A program made the translations under genes and the position numbers. Shown here in pieces: positions 8,439 to 18,243 of a DNA stretch of 58,674 bases. The stretch covers positions 1 to 58,674 of the forward strand of contig CAJKNC010000001.1 in the NCBI GenBank assembly GCA_905201175.1, read 5' to 3'. Numbering within the stretch: position 1 is the first letter of the stretch; the number at the start of each line of letters is the position of its first letter. The DNA comes from an uncultured Succinatimonas sp. (lineage in GTDB: Bacteria; Pseudomonadota; Gammaproteobacteria; Enterobacterales; Succinivibrionaceae). The notes beneath the pieces are model-generated. The model was not told the DNA's origin. It searched no databases and saw only the letters and a list, made by a program, of their open reading frames with translations.

Positions 8439-9374
8439 GTGATTGATTTAAAAGACGCCGCTACCTTCCTTAGACTTTGCGAAACTGAAAACCTAACTAG
8501 AACTGCAACTCTATGTAATGTAAGCCCTTCTACATTAAGTCGAACTTTAAATAAGCTTGAAAAAAAACTTCAGGCTAAATTATGCATACGCGATAAAAAA
8601 GGCATATTTATTACCACAGCTGGACGTAAATTCGAGCAATTTGCACGTAAAACCTTAAATGAGTATGCCTCATTAGAGAGCGAGCTTCATAAAGGAGCCA
8701 CAACAATTTCCGGAACACTTAAAATTTATTGCTCTGTAACTGCAAGCTATTTATTTATTCCTAGAATTTTAAACGAATTGCACCTGACTGTGCCTCAGTT
8801 AGAGGTAAAGCTTGAAACCGGAGATCCTGCCGATGCTTTAGATAAGCTTGAAGATCCGCAAATAGATCTAGTTATAAGTGCACTGCCTTTAGAAATCCCT
8901 AACAATATTCATTTTATAGATTTAGTAAAACTTCCTTTAATCATAATTGCCCCTAAAAAGCCGCGGTTTAAATGCAATTTAAATAACGATCTTACTGCAT
9001 CTGAATTAAACAATTTGCCATTTATCATTCCTGAAAAAGGACAGCTTCGTTACGAAGTAGAAAAATGGTTTGCCGCTATGGATATTAAGCCTGAAATTTA
9101 CGCAGAAATTTCAGGTCACGAGGCAATTGTTAGTCTAGTTGCTTTAGGCTTTGGCTTTGCCATTGTTCCCCGCTTAGTTTATGAAATATCTCCATTCAAA
9201 AACGACGTCAATGTTTTGCGTGAGCTGCAATGGTCAAACTTTAGAGTGGCCTTATGCTGTCAAAAAGAACAAGCCGATGACAACAAAATTCAAATAGTTT
9301 TTAATCTGGTTTCCCGCCTTGCGCCAAGCTTTACTCCTGATTTAAATCGCCGTCGCAACGAAAGTCTCGCTTAA
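8439..9374 (+). CDS. ilvY: LysR-family activator IlvY
   Basis: N-terminal HTH 'NVSPSTLSR', 'YCSVTASY', 'KLETGDPADA', 'YAEISGHEAIVSLVALGFG'. Divergent from ilvC. Confidence 0.93.
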   Translation: MIDLKDAATFLRLCETENLTRTATLCNVSPSTLSRTLNKLEKKLQAKLCIRDKKGIFITTAGRKFEQFARKTLNEYASLESELHKGATTISGTLKIYCSVTASYLFIPRILNELHLTVPQLEVKLETGDPADALDKLEDPQIDLVISALPLEIPNNIHFIDLVKLPLIIIAPKKPRFKCNLNNDLTASELNNLPFIIPEKGQLRYEVEKWFAAMDIKPEIYAEISGHEAIVSLVALGFGFAIVPRLVYEISPFKNDVNVLRELQWSNFRVALCCQKEQADDNKIQIVFNLVSRLAPSFTPDLNRRRNESLA

Positions 9375-9408
9375 AAAAGCCAAAGCTCTAATATTTAGAG
9401 CTTTGGTT
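9375..9408 (+). terminator. Hairpin after ilvY (probable terminator)
   Basis: CCAAAGCTCTAA-tat-TTAGAGCTTTGG (9380-9406). Confidence 0.6.
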
Positions 9409-9529
9409 GTCTACTAAATTCACACTTAAAAAAAATAGCTGTTTTATGCTCAAGTGTAAAAGGAGTATCATTAATATTATTAACAGCTGCTTTTGCTGTT
9501 TATGGTCTTATCTTTGAGGAGAGTTATAC

Positions 9530-11182
9530 ATGTTTAACAACATCAATCCCACTACTACCAAAGCCTGGCAAAAACTCAATGAACATTTTAAAGAGACTTC
9601 TGGTCGTACCTTAAAAGAATTATTTGCTGCAGATCCTAACCGCTTTGACAAATATTCCTTGAGCATCGCCAACGGGGATATCATTGCCGATTATTCCAAA
9701 AACCTCATTGATGAGACTACCTTAGAGCTATTATTGGAGTTAGCTAAAGAAACCAAGCTCAATGAAAACATTGAAGCTATGTTTAATGCCGAAAAGATCA
9801 ACCGTACTGAAGATCGTGCTGTTTTACACACTGCTTTGCGCGATTTCTCCGGCAGAAGCATCATGCTTGATGGTGTTGATATCATGCAGGATGTACGTGC
9901 AGTCCAGGAAAAAATGAAAAAATTCTGTGACCGAGTAATTTCCGGCGAATGGAAGGGCTTTACTGGCAAAGCTATTACAGATGTAGTTAATATTGGCATC
10001 GGCGGTTCAGACTTAGGCCCTTGCATGATTACTGCAGCCTTAACTCCTTATCACAATCATCTTCACGCTCATTTCGTATCTAATATTGACGGCACCCAAA
10101 TCTGCGAGGTATTAAAGAACCTCGATCCTGAAACAACTTTATTCTTAATCGCCTCTAAGACCTTTACCACCTTAGAGACCATGACCAATGCTCATACCGC
10201 TCGTGACTGGTTCTTAAAGACAGCTAAAGACGTAAAGCATGTTGCTAAGCACTTTGTAGCCTTATCTACTAATGCAAAAGGCGTCTCTGAATTCGGTATT
10301 GATACTGACAATATGTTTGAATTCTGGGATTGGGTCGGCGGCCGTTACTCCTCCTGGTCAGCCATCGGCTTATCTATTGCCTTAGCTTGCGGTTATGATA
10401 ATTTTGAAGCTTTCTTGAAAGGCGGCTATGAATATGACTGCTACTTCAGAGAGACCCCGTTAGAGAAAAATCTTTCTGTTTTATTAGCTCTTATCGGCAT
10501 TTGGTATAACAACTTCTACGGTTTTGAAACTGAAGCTATTTTACCTTACGATCAATATATGTATCGCTTCCCGGCTTATTTCCAACAAGGAAATATGGAA
10601 TCTAATGGTAAATATGTCGATCGTAATGGCAATGTTGTCGATTATCAAACCGGTCCTATCATCTGGGGCGAGCCAGGCACTAACGGTCAGCATGCTTTCT
10701 ATCAGCTAATCCATCAGGGAACTAAGATTATTCCTTGTGACTTTATTGCTCCAGCAAGAACTCACAATCCTATAGGCGATCACCACGTAAAACTCTTATC
10801 AAACTTCTTCGCACAGACTGAGGCCTTAGCTTTCGGTAAGAGCCGTGAGCAGGTAATTGCAGAGTTCGAAGCTAAGGGCAAGACCTTAGATATGGTCAAA
10901 GATGTAGTGCCGTTTAAAGTATTTGAAGGAAATCGTCCTACTAACTCCTTCCTAGTTAAGGAAATCACTCCTAGAACCTTAGGCATGTTAGTCGCAATGT
11001 ACGAGCATAAGATCTTTACTCAAGGATCTATCCTTAACATCTACACCTTTGATCAATGGGGTGTTGAATTAGGCAAACAATTAGCCTTAAAGATTATCCC
11101 TGAACTTGAAAATCAAGAAGAAATCAAGAGCCATGACAGTTCCACTAATGGCCTCATAAATGCTTATAAAAAACTTAAGTAA
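9530..11182 (+). CDS. pgi: Glucose-6-phosphate isomerase
   Basis: '[11 protein letters not shown]', 'ASKTFTT', '[10 protein letters not shown]', '[19 protein letters not shown]', '[10 protein letters not shown]'. RBS GAGGAG upstream. Confidence 0.98.
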   Translation: MFNNINPTTTKAWQKLNEHFKETSGRTLKELFAADPNRFDKYSLSIANGDIIADYSKNLIDETTLELLLELAKETKLNENIEAMFNAEKINRTEDRAVLHTALRDFSGRSIMLDGVDIMQDVRAVQEKMKKFCDRVISGEWKGFTGKAITDVVNIGIGGSDLGPCMITAALTPYHNHLHAHFVSNIDGTQICEVLKNLDPETTLFLIASKTFTTLETMTNAHTARDWFLKTAKDVKHVAKHFVALSTNAKGVSEFGIDTDNMFEFWDWVGGRYSSWSAIGLSIALACGYDNFEAFLKGGYEYDCYFRETPLEKNLSVLLALIGIWYNNFYGFETEAILPYDQYMYRFPAYFQQGNMESNGKYVDRNGNVVDYQTGPIIWGEPGTNGQHAFYQLIHQGTKIIPCDFIAPARTHNPIGDHHVKLLSNFFAQTEALAFGKSREQVIAEFEAKGKTLDMVKDVVPFKVFEGNRPTNSFLVKEITPRTLGMLVAMYEHKIFTQGSILNIYTFDQWGVELGKQLALKIIPELENQEEIKSHDSSTNGLINAYKKLK

Positions 11183-11200
11183 AAGTTTTTGAATAAAAAC

Positions 11201-11233
11201 ATCCCCCAGCCTAAAAAACTGGGGGATTTTTTT
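11201..11233 (+). terminator. Intrinsic terminator after pgi
   Basis: ATCCCCCAG...CTGGGGGAT followed by a T run. Confidence 0.85.
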
Positions 11234-11316
11234 ATGCTCCACAAATTTTTATTATCTAAAAATCTCTTTGCTAATATTATAATTTAACTAAGAATTTGCT
11301 TTATTTGAGATTTGCC

Positions 11317-14300
11317 ATGACTAATAATAACCTCGCCTATATTCCATTACATGTACGTTCTTGTTATTCCATCAATGATGGTCTGCAAAATGTAGGCCCG
11401 ATTGTTAAGCATGCCCAAAAACTTGGTATTCCTGCCCTGGCAATAACGGATTTCAACAATATTGCAGGTTTTGTGCGCTTTTATTCAGCCTGTAAAGCCG
11501 CTGGCATTAAACCGATATTAGGAGCAGATCTTCAAATTAAAGAAAAAACTAAACCAGGAGAAAAAGAAAATTTTTTCACCGTAACGCTTTTGGCTATGGA
11601 TCGTATAGGCAAGCAAAACTTATACGATATTCTTTCTGATGCTTGGGTTAATTCTGCAAGCCCAGATATCGATAGAGTTTATGCAACTTTAGAAGATCTG
11701 GCTAAATACTCAGAAGGATTAATTCTTCTTAATGGATTTCGCGGCGATATTGCTTATTTTTTTAATACTAAAGATGAAAAGAATTTAAAAAATCGCTTAG
11801 ATTTTTATAAAAAATATTATAACGGCCGCTTCTGTTTTGAAATTACAAGAACCCATCGCCATGGAGAAAGTGAATTTGAACAAAAAGCCTTAGATCTTTG
11901 CGTAAAATATGGCTTCTTCCCTGTTGCAACTAATGATACTCGTTTTTTATCAGGACCTGAAGATCTGCCTCCGGATGGTCTTAGTGACTATTATGTGCAT
12001 GATATTCGCGTCTCGATTCAAAAAGCCATACCAAGAGGCAGTCAAGAACTTGCTCGCCTCTACTCTGAAGAGCAATTTCTGAGATCCCCAGAACAAATGG
12101 CTGAGCTATTTGCTGATTTGCCTGAAGCTTTAGCTAACTCTCGCGCAATTGCAGAACGATGCAATGTTGAAATCGAACTTGATCATCCTCGCTTACCCCA
12201 TTACGATACAGGAGAGATGTCAACAGCTGATTATCTTCGCCAGGCATCTCGTGCAGGCTTAAAACGTCGTCTGGAATTTCTCTTTCCAGATCCTCAGGAG
12301 CGTGAAGCAAAACGTCCTATATATGAAAAAAGACTAGAAACCGAGCTTGATGTCATCATCAATATGGACTTCCCTGGCTACTTTCTCATCGTTATGGAAT
12401 TCATTCAGTGGTCGAAAGCCCATGGTGTTCCAGTAGGGCCTGGGCGCGGCTCCGGAGGAGGCTCCCTAGTAGCATATGCCCTAACCATTACAGATTTTGA
12501 TCCGTTACGCTTTGACCTGCTCTTTGAAAGATTTTTAAATCCTGAGCGTGTGTCAATGCCTGACTTTGATATCGATTTTTGTCAGAGAAAACGCTATTTA
12601 ACGTTACAGCATGTTGTTGACCATTACGGCCGTCAAGCCGTATCGCAAATTGCTGCGTTCGGTACCTTAGCTCCACGCGCTGCTATTCAAGGCGTAGGCC
12701 GCGCTATTGGCGTTCCTCTAGGTCAAGTTCGCCGCATTGCTAATTTAATCCCTGAAACTCCAGGCATAAGCTTTAATGATTGCTTAGGTATCGATAAAAA
12801 AGGCAAGCCCTGCGAGAGCGTTGCTCCTGATTTTTTGAATTTTTACAATCAGGCAAAAATTAATGACGATAAAGAATCCATAGAGCTTATTCATGTCTCT
12901 CACCGTCTTGAAGGTGTAATTCGCAGTATTGGCAAGCATGCAGCAGGCGTTGTTATTTCTCCGACAAGAATTGCTGAATTTGCTCCGCTAATGCTTGATT
13001 CTGACGGCAATCCTATTACTCAATTTGATAAAAAAGATGTAGAGCATGCCGGTTTAGTTAAATTTGATTTCTTAGGCCTGACTACATTAACTATCATCGA
13101 TGATGCCAAAGAGATGATCGATGTTAAACGCAAACGCGAAGGAAAAGAACCTTTAAATATTGCCGCTATCCCTTATGAAGATCCTCTTTCCTATGAAATG
13201 ATTCAGCAGACCGAAACTACAGCTGTTTTCCAATTAGAATCAACCGGCATGCGAAAACTAATTGGCCAAATGAAACCGGATCGCTTTGATGATCTCATTG
13301 CTTTAGTAGCTCTATATCGCCCTGGCCCTATAAAAAGCGGCATGGTTGATCATTTTGTACAGCGTAAGCACGGACGCGAAGCTGTAAGTTATCCTCTTCC
13401 TGAAGCTCAGGATCTTGATTTAAAGCCTATTTTAGACTCAACCTATGGCGTTATTGTCTACCAAGAACAGGTTATGCAGATTGCTCAGGTCTTAGCTGGA
13501 TATTCTTTAGGCGGCGCTGATATTTTAAGGCGCGCTATGGGAAAAAAGATTCCGGCTGAAATGGCTGCTCAAAGAGATGTCTTTCTAAACGGCTGTAAAA
13601 AGAAAAATAAAGACGGCGACGTCTGCATGAAGATCTTCGATCAAGTTGAAATGTTTGCCGCTTACGGCTTCAATAAATCTCACTCTGCCGCCTATGCTCT
13701 CGTTGCTTGGTGGACTCTCTGGTTAAAAGTACATTATCCTGCTGAATTTTTAGCAGCCATGATGACTGCCGACTGCATAAAAACAGAAAAACTTATTGCC
13801 TATATTGGCGAATGCCACCGTTTAGGAGTTGAGGTAAACCCTCCTGATGTTAATATCGGCAAATTCCACTTTGGAGTTGATAATAATGGTGCTGTCGTTT
13901 ACGGCTTCTCTGCAATTAAAGGCATTGGAAACCGCCTAATAGATAAAATGGTTGCTGAACGTGACGCAAATGGTCCATATAAAGATTTATTTGATTTTGT
14001 TCTGCGTATCGGCATGGATTACCTTTCAAAGGGCTCTTTAGAAGCTTTAGTCAAAAGCGGAGCTTTAGATAGCATCAATAAAAATCGTGCAAGCCTGCTT
14101 GCAAGCATACCCACAGCTATAAAGTATGCTCAGCAATCTAATGCTGACAGCTCTACAGGACAAATGGATCTTTTTGCATCGCTAGACGATTCTCGCGCTC
14201 GTCCTAGCTTAATTCCTGTAAGGATGTGGTCTGATAAGGTCAAGCTACACCATGAAAAAAGTCTTTTAGGCTTATATCTGTCAGGTCATCCAATTGATTC

Positions 14301-15024
14301 TTATCGTTCAGAGCTCTATCGCTTTTGCGGCACTACAACTTTAAAAAATATGATGCCCGGAACCCCAGATAACCCTAACCGGGTAAGCATCGCTGGCGTA
14401 GTTATCGATAGCTACAGCCGTATGTCTTCAAAAGGGGACGGTTCAAAGTTTTATATAATTACCCTTGATGATGGTACAACTACCTTTGATTTTCTAGCTT
14501 TTGGAGCAAATGCTGTTACTTTTGAAAATATTATTTCTGAGCGGGAACGCAAGTTAAGCCAGCAAAAAGGACATAATGGAGGCGATGAAGCTCTGCCTTC
14601 ACCTTTAATTTTAATTGTAGATGGCTTGCTATCCTTAACCGATGAAGGGATGACGAGAATGCGAGTCCTCAAGCTCTCAAGTCTAGATCGCCTAAGGCAG
14701 CATAAAGCTACAGAGATTACATTAAGCTTTAAAAAAGATATTCTTATTGAAAATATTGATTTTATTGATCAAGTTTTAATGCGTAATCGTATAAGCGTAA
14801 AAGATATACAGCATCAGCAGCAATTTGCTGAAGATCCCAGTTCAATTCCATCAGGCTGTTCTTTAAAACTTATTATAGATAATAAGTTACTGAAAATTCG
14901 TTCAGATATATATCGCTATTTAGCTTCAGATGATTTAGTTGACAGTCTTAGAGATAATTTTGGCAATGCTTGTGTAAAAATTAGTTATAGACCTCAAAAT
15001 GATACTCAGGATGCAAGACGATAG
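11317..15024 (+). CDS. dnaE: DNA polymerase III alpha subunit
   Basis: PHP N-terminus, 'GPGRGSGGGSLVAY', 'FERFLNPERVSMPDFDIDF', 'KHAAGVVI', 'VKFDFLGL', 'YGFNKSHSAAY', OB-fold C-terminus. ATG at 11317 preferred. Confidence 0.97.
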   Translation: MTNNNLAYIPLHVRSCYSINDGLQNVGPIVKHAQKLGIPALAITDFNNIAGFVRFYSACKAAGIKPILGADLQIKEKTKPGEKENFFTVTLLAMDRIGKQNLYDILSDAWVNSASPDIDRVYATLEDLAKYSEGLILLNGFRGDIAYFFNTKDEKNLKNRLDFYKKYYNGRFCFEITRTHRHGESEFEQKALDLCVKYGFFPVATNDTRFLSGPEDLPPDGLSDYYVHDIRVSIQKAIPRGSQELARLYSEEQFLRSPEQMAELFADLPEALANSRAIAERCNVEIELDHPRLPHYDTGEMSTADYLRQASRAGLKRRLEFLFPDPQEREAKRPIYEKRLETELDVIINMDFPGYFLIVMEFIQWSKAHGVPVGPGRGSGGGSLVAYALTITDFDPLRFDLLFERFLNPERVSMPDFDIDFCQRKRYLTLQHVVDHYGRQAVSQIAAFGTLAPRAAIQGVGRAIGVPLGQVRRIANLIPETPGISFNDCLGIDKKGKPCESVAPDFLNFYNQAKINDDKESIELIHVSHRLEGVIRSIGKHAAGVVISPTRIAEFAPLMLDSDGNPITQFDKKDVEHAGLVKFDFLGLTTLTIIDDAKEMIDVKRKREGKEPLNIAAIPYEDPLSYEMIQQTETTAVFQLESTGMRKLIGQMKPDRFDDLIALVALYRPGPIKSGMVDHFVQRKHGREAVSYPLPEAQDLDLKPILDSTYGVIVYQEQVMQIAQVLAGYSLGGADILRRAMGKKIPAEMAAQRDVFLNGCKKKNKDGDVCMKIFDQVEMFAAYGFNKSHSAAYALVAWWTLWLKVHYPAEFLAAMMTADCIKTEKLIAYIGECHRLGVEVNPPDVNIGKFHFGVDNNGAVVYGFSAIKGIGNRLIDKMVAERDANGPYKDLFDFVLRIGMDYLSKGSLEALVKSGALDSINKNRASLLASIPTAIKYAQQSNADSSTGQMDLFASLDDSRARPSLIPVRMWSDKVKLHHEKSLLGLYLSGHPIDSYRSELYRFCGTTTLKNMMPGTPDNPNRVSIAGVVIDSYSRMSSKGDGSKFYIITLDDGTTTFDFLAFGANAVTFENIISERERKLSQQKGHNGGDEALPSPLILIVDGLLSLTDEGMTRMRVLKLSSLDRLRQHKATEITLSFKKDILIENIDFIDQVLMRNRISVKDIQHQQQFAEDPSSIPSGCSLKLIIDNKLLKIRSDIYRYLASDDLVDSLRDNFGNACVKISYRPQNDTQDARR

Positions 15025-15652
15025 GACTAAAATTGCCATTGGCATAGCTATACATGGCAAGTTTTGGATCGACAATGGATTTATAAATGCTCATGCATAA
15101 ATTATTAGGCAAAATATATGATAGAACTTTTCCTCCCTGAGCACTTGGATAATAAACTTTTAAATTTTTCAAATCGCACTTTATTTTATTTAAAGCAATC
15201 AATCCCAAACCATCTGATTTTAATAAAGACTCCCGTACAGTCCATAAAAGCGTGAATAAAACTTGCGGATCTATTGAATTCTTAACGCATTCTAATTCTT
15301 GATCTGACAGAATGCGCTTCCATAAAGCTAAGGAATGATCTTTTATAAGCTCTATGTCTAAACCTAAAGCTCCATAGCTTAAAGCTACAGCCACCTTATT
15401 GCCTGTATGACTTAAGCTAAATAAAGGCATGGCGCTGTCTGCAAAGACCGGCCGATTATGCTCCTGCAGAATAATTTGGGGCAAAGAATCAAATTTAAAA
15501 AAATAATGCAGACTTTTTTGTAAAAGCATCCTTCCTGAATAAAAAGACCTCTGTCTTTTTAAGGCATAATTTTTCCCGCGCAGCAAAATATCTTCGGGCA
15601 AACTTGCAAAGTCCTGCTTAAGGCATTCTTGATCAGAAAAGACAATAATCAT
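14981..15652 (-). CDS. Sfp/AcpT-type 4'-phosphopantetheinyl transferase
   Basis: 'FSLSHTG', 'LGLDIE', 'LWTVRESLLKSDGLGL'. Confidence 0.8.
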   Translation of the reverse strand: MIIVFSDQECLKQDFASLPEDILLRGKNYALKRQRSFYSGRMLLQKSLHYFFKFDSLPQIILQEHNRPVFADSAMPLFSLSHTGNKVAVALSYGALGLDIELIKDHSLALWKRILSDQELECVKNSIDPQVLFTLLWTVRESLLKSDGLGLIALNKIKCDLKNLKVYYPSAQGGKVLSYILPNNLCMSIYKSIVDPKLAMYSYANGNFSPIVLHPEYHFEVYN

Positions 15653-16002
15653 GATTCTTTAGGCTTAGCTGCACTTTTTTTAGAATTATTATCTTTATTT
15701 TTTTTAAGCAGCCGTCTAAAACTTATATATAGTAAAAAAGCAATAAGCAGTCCAGCGCCTATGCCTATAAAAGTTGCATCTGAGCTTAAGATTTGAGGAG
15801 AAATCCCTAAATTTTCGCAAAAAAGACTTATCTTTTTAGGATAGACTATGGCCATGACAAAAAAGATATTTGCAAGGCACATAGCAATTATTCCCAATTT
15901 AAAATGACGTGGGATAAAAATGGCTATAAATCCAAGTAAAAATAAGGACACGCCGCAACTGCTGCAAAAAGATTCGCAAGCTTGTAAAGTTAAAGTAGGC
16001 AT
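15649..16002 (-). CDS. Small membrane protein of unknown function (about 3 TM segments, basic C-terminal tail)
   Basis: Hydrophobic segments and a Lys-rich tail. ATGA stop/start overlap with the PPTase gene. Confidence 0.6.
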   Translation of the reverse strand: MPTLTLQACESFCSSCGVSLFLLGFIAIFIPRHFKLGIIAMCLANIFFVMAIVYPKKISLFCENLGISPQILSSDATFIGIGAGLLIAFLLYISFRRLLKKNKDNNSKKSAAKPKES

Positions 16003-16061
16003 TAAATTTCTTGTGCTAAAATAAAATGATATTAGATTTTAACAGATTTTAGGATCAACAA

Positions 16062-16850
16062 ATGTTATTTGTTTCAAATATAGATCCGATTGTATTCAGC
16101 ATTGGACCTCTAAGTATAAGATGGTATGGCCTTTTATTCTCCTTAGGATTCATAATTGGCTATATTCTCATGCAATATATGTTTCGCAAACTCCAATATA
16201 AAACAGAAGACCTAGATAAGCTCTTAGTCTTTATATTTATAGGAACGGTTATAGGAGCTCGTTTAGGCCATTGCATATTTTATGAACCAGACTTTTATCT
16301 AAGTCATCCTCTAGAAATTTTAAAAATCTGGCATGGAGGCTTAGCAAGCCACGGAGGAACCGTAGGAGTCTTATTAACCGTATATATTTTCTGCCGACAT
16401 TATCGCTATCAGCTTTTAGAGCTTTTAGACATGCTGTCCATTCCTGTTGCCTTAGTCTCAACTCTCATAAGACTAGGAAACTTTACTAATTCGGAAATTT
16501 TAGGCATACCCACTAATGGAGATTATGGAGTTATATTTGCTAGGTTAGGAGAGACTTTCCCTAGACATCCAGCACAATTATATGAAGCTGCATCTTATTT
16601 CATTACTTTCATAGTGTTAAGCCTGGTCTATTTTAAATTTAAAAACAGGCCCCAAGGTTTAATCTTTGGCCTACTATTTATCTTGATTTTTGGCAGCAGA
16701 ATTCTAATAGAACCATTTAAAGTTGAACAAGCAGACTACAGCACTGGTACGATCTTTACTGTAGGACAATATCTAAGCATTCCTTTTATATTAGTAGGAA
16801 TTGCAGTTATCCTCTACGCCTATTTACATCGCCTGAAAAAGGAGCACTAA
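16062..16850 (+). CDS. lgt: Prolipoprotein diacylglyceryl transferase
   Basis: 'IRWYGL', 'IGARLGH', 'GGLASHGG', 'RLGNFTNSE', 'RHPAQLYEA'. Confidence 0.96.
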   Translation: MLFVSNIDPIVFSIGPLSIRWYGLLFSLGFIIGYILMQYMFRKLQYKTEDLDKLLVFIFIGTVIGARLGHCIFYEPDFYLSHPLEILKIWHGGLASHGGTVGVLLTVYIFCRHYRYQLLELLDMLSIPVALVSTLIRLGNFTNSEILGIPTNGDYGVIFARLGETFPRHPAQLYEAASYFITFIVLSLVYFKFKNRPQGLIFGLLFILIFGSRILIEPFKVEQADYSTGTIFTVGQYLSIPFILVGIAVILYAYLHRLKKEH

Positions 16851-16852
16851 GA

Positions 16853-18241
16853 ATGGCATTAGAAATTGTTATTTTGGCAGCCGGTAAAGGTAGCCGCATG
16901 CATTCTGACATACCTAAAGTCTTACACGAAGTAGCGGGTATGCCCATGCTTGGACATGTAATCAAAACCGCTTGTGAACTTAAAGCTTATGCCATTCACG
17001 TAGTTATAGGCCATGGCTGCGAATTAGTAGAAAAATATTTAAATACTCTGAATCTTGATAATTTAGATATTGTCATGCAGGAAGAGCAATTAGGTACCGC
17101 CCATGCAGTTTCTATGGCTTTACCTAAAATAAATCCTGCTAATGATGTATTAGTCCTATATGGAGACACCCCTCTTACCCCTAAAACAGCATTAGAAGAT
17201 CTATACCTAAAACTTAAAGATCGAGCTTTAATAGTATTAAGTGCCATTGCACCTAATCCTTTTGGTTACGGAAGAATTGTCCGCAATGCTCAGCACAATC
17301 TCCTAAAAATTGTTGAGCAAAAAGATGCAGATGAGCAAACCCAAAAAATTAATGAGATAAATACCGGAATTATCATATCTAAGGGACAGATCTTATGTGA
17401 ATACATCCCTAAGATCCAAAATAACAATGCTCAAGGAGAATACTATCTTACTGATTTAGCTGCACTGTTAGTTGCGGATAATCAAAATGTTGGAGTAGAA
17501 ATTGCTCAAGATTTTGAATTATTGTCTGGAGTTAACAGCAAAAAACAGCTGGCAGAAGTAGAACGGCTTTATCAATATCGTCAGGCTTTAAGGCTTATGG
17601 ACGAAGGCGTATCATTTGCTGATCCGCGGCGCTTTGACCTAAGAGGCTCTTTAGAACATGGCCGTGATGATTTCATTGATATCAATGTCATCATCAAAGG
17701 CAAAGTTTCTATTGGCAATAATGTATATATAGGTTCAGGATGCGTAATTTCTGACTGTACTATTGAAGACGGCGCGGTAATCTCTCCATATACTGTAATG
17801 GAACAATCGCACTTAGGCACACAGACAACAGTCGGACCTTTCAGCCGTCTGCGTCCAGGCGTAAAGCTTGAACATCAAGCTCATGTAGGCAATTTCGTTG
17901 AGCTCAAGAAAGCGCATTTAGGAATCGGCACAAAAGCCGGACACCTAAGCTACTTAGGCGATGCTGATATTGGCAATGATGTAAATATTGGCGCAGGAAC
18001 AATTACCTGCAACTATGATGGTGCTAATAAATTTAAAACCGTTATAGGCGACGATGTATTTGTCGGTTCAGACTCGCAATTAGTAGCTCCAGTAAAAATT
18101 CCTAATGGAGTTACGATTGCTGCAGGAACTACTGTTACTAAAAGATCAGATTTGTCTACAAGCTGCTTAGTCCTAACCCGAGCAAATACTGTGGTTAAAG
18201 CAAACTATCAGCGTCCTCATAAAATCAAAGCGGAGAAATAA
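16853..18241 (+). CDS. glmU: Bifunctional UDP-GlcNAc pyrophosphorylase / GlcN-1-P acetyltransferase
   Basis: 'ILAAGKGSRMHSDIPKVLH', 'GEYYLTD', hexapeptide repeats, 'GHLSYLGDA', 'CNYDGANK'. Confidence 0.97.
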   Translation: MALEIVILAAGKGSRMHSDIPKVLHEVAGMPMLGHVIKTACELKAYAIHVVIGHGCELVEKYLNTLNLDNLDIVMQEEQLGTAHAVSMALPKINPANDVLVLYGDTPLTPKTALEDLYLKLKDRALIVLSAIAPNPFGYGRIVRNAQHNLLKIVEQKDADEQTQKINEINTGIIISKGQILCEYIPKIQNNNAQGEYYLTDLAALLVADNQNVGVEIAQDFELLSGVNSKKQLAEVERLYQYRQALRLMDEGVSFADPRRFDLRGSLEHGRDDFIDINVIIKGKVSIGNNVYIGSGCVISDCTIEDGAVISPYTVMEQSHLGTQTTVGPFSRLRPGVKLEHQAHVGNFVELKKAHLGIGTKAGHLSYLGDADIGNDVNIGAGTITCNYDGANKFKTVIGDDVFVGSDSQLVAPVKIPNGVTIAAGTTVTKRSDLSTSCLVLTRANTVVKANYQRPHKIKAEK

Positions 18242-18243
18242 TT

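Noticed and set aside
11317..15024. Intein or split in the long DnaE
   Set aside because: The extra length comes from several short insertions. No intein C/S...HN boundaries or LAGLIDADG motifs were seen.
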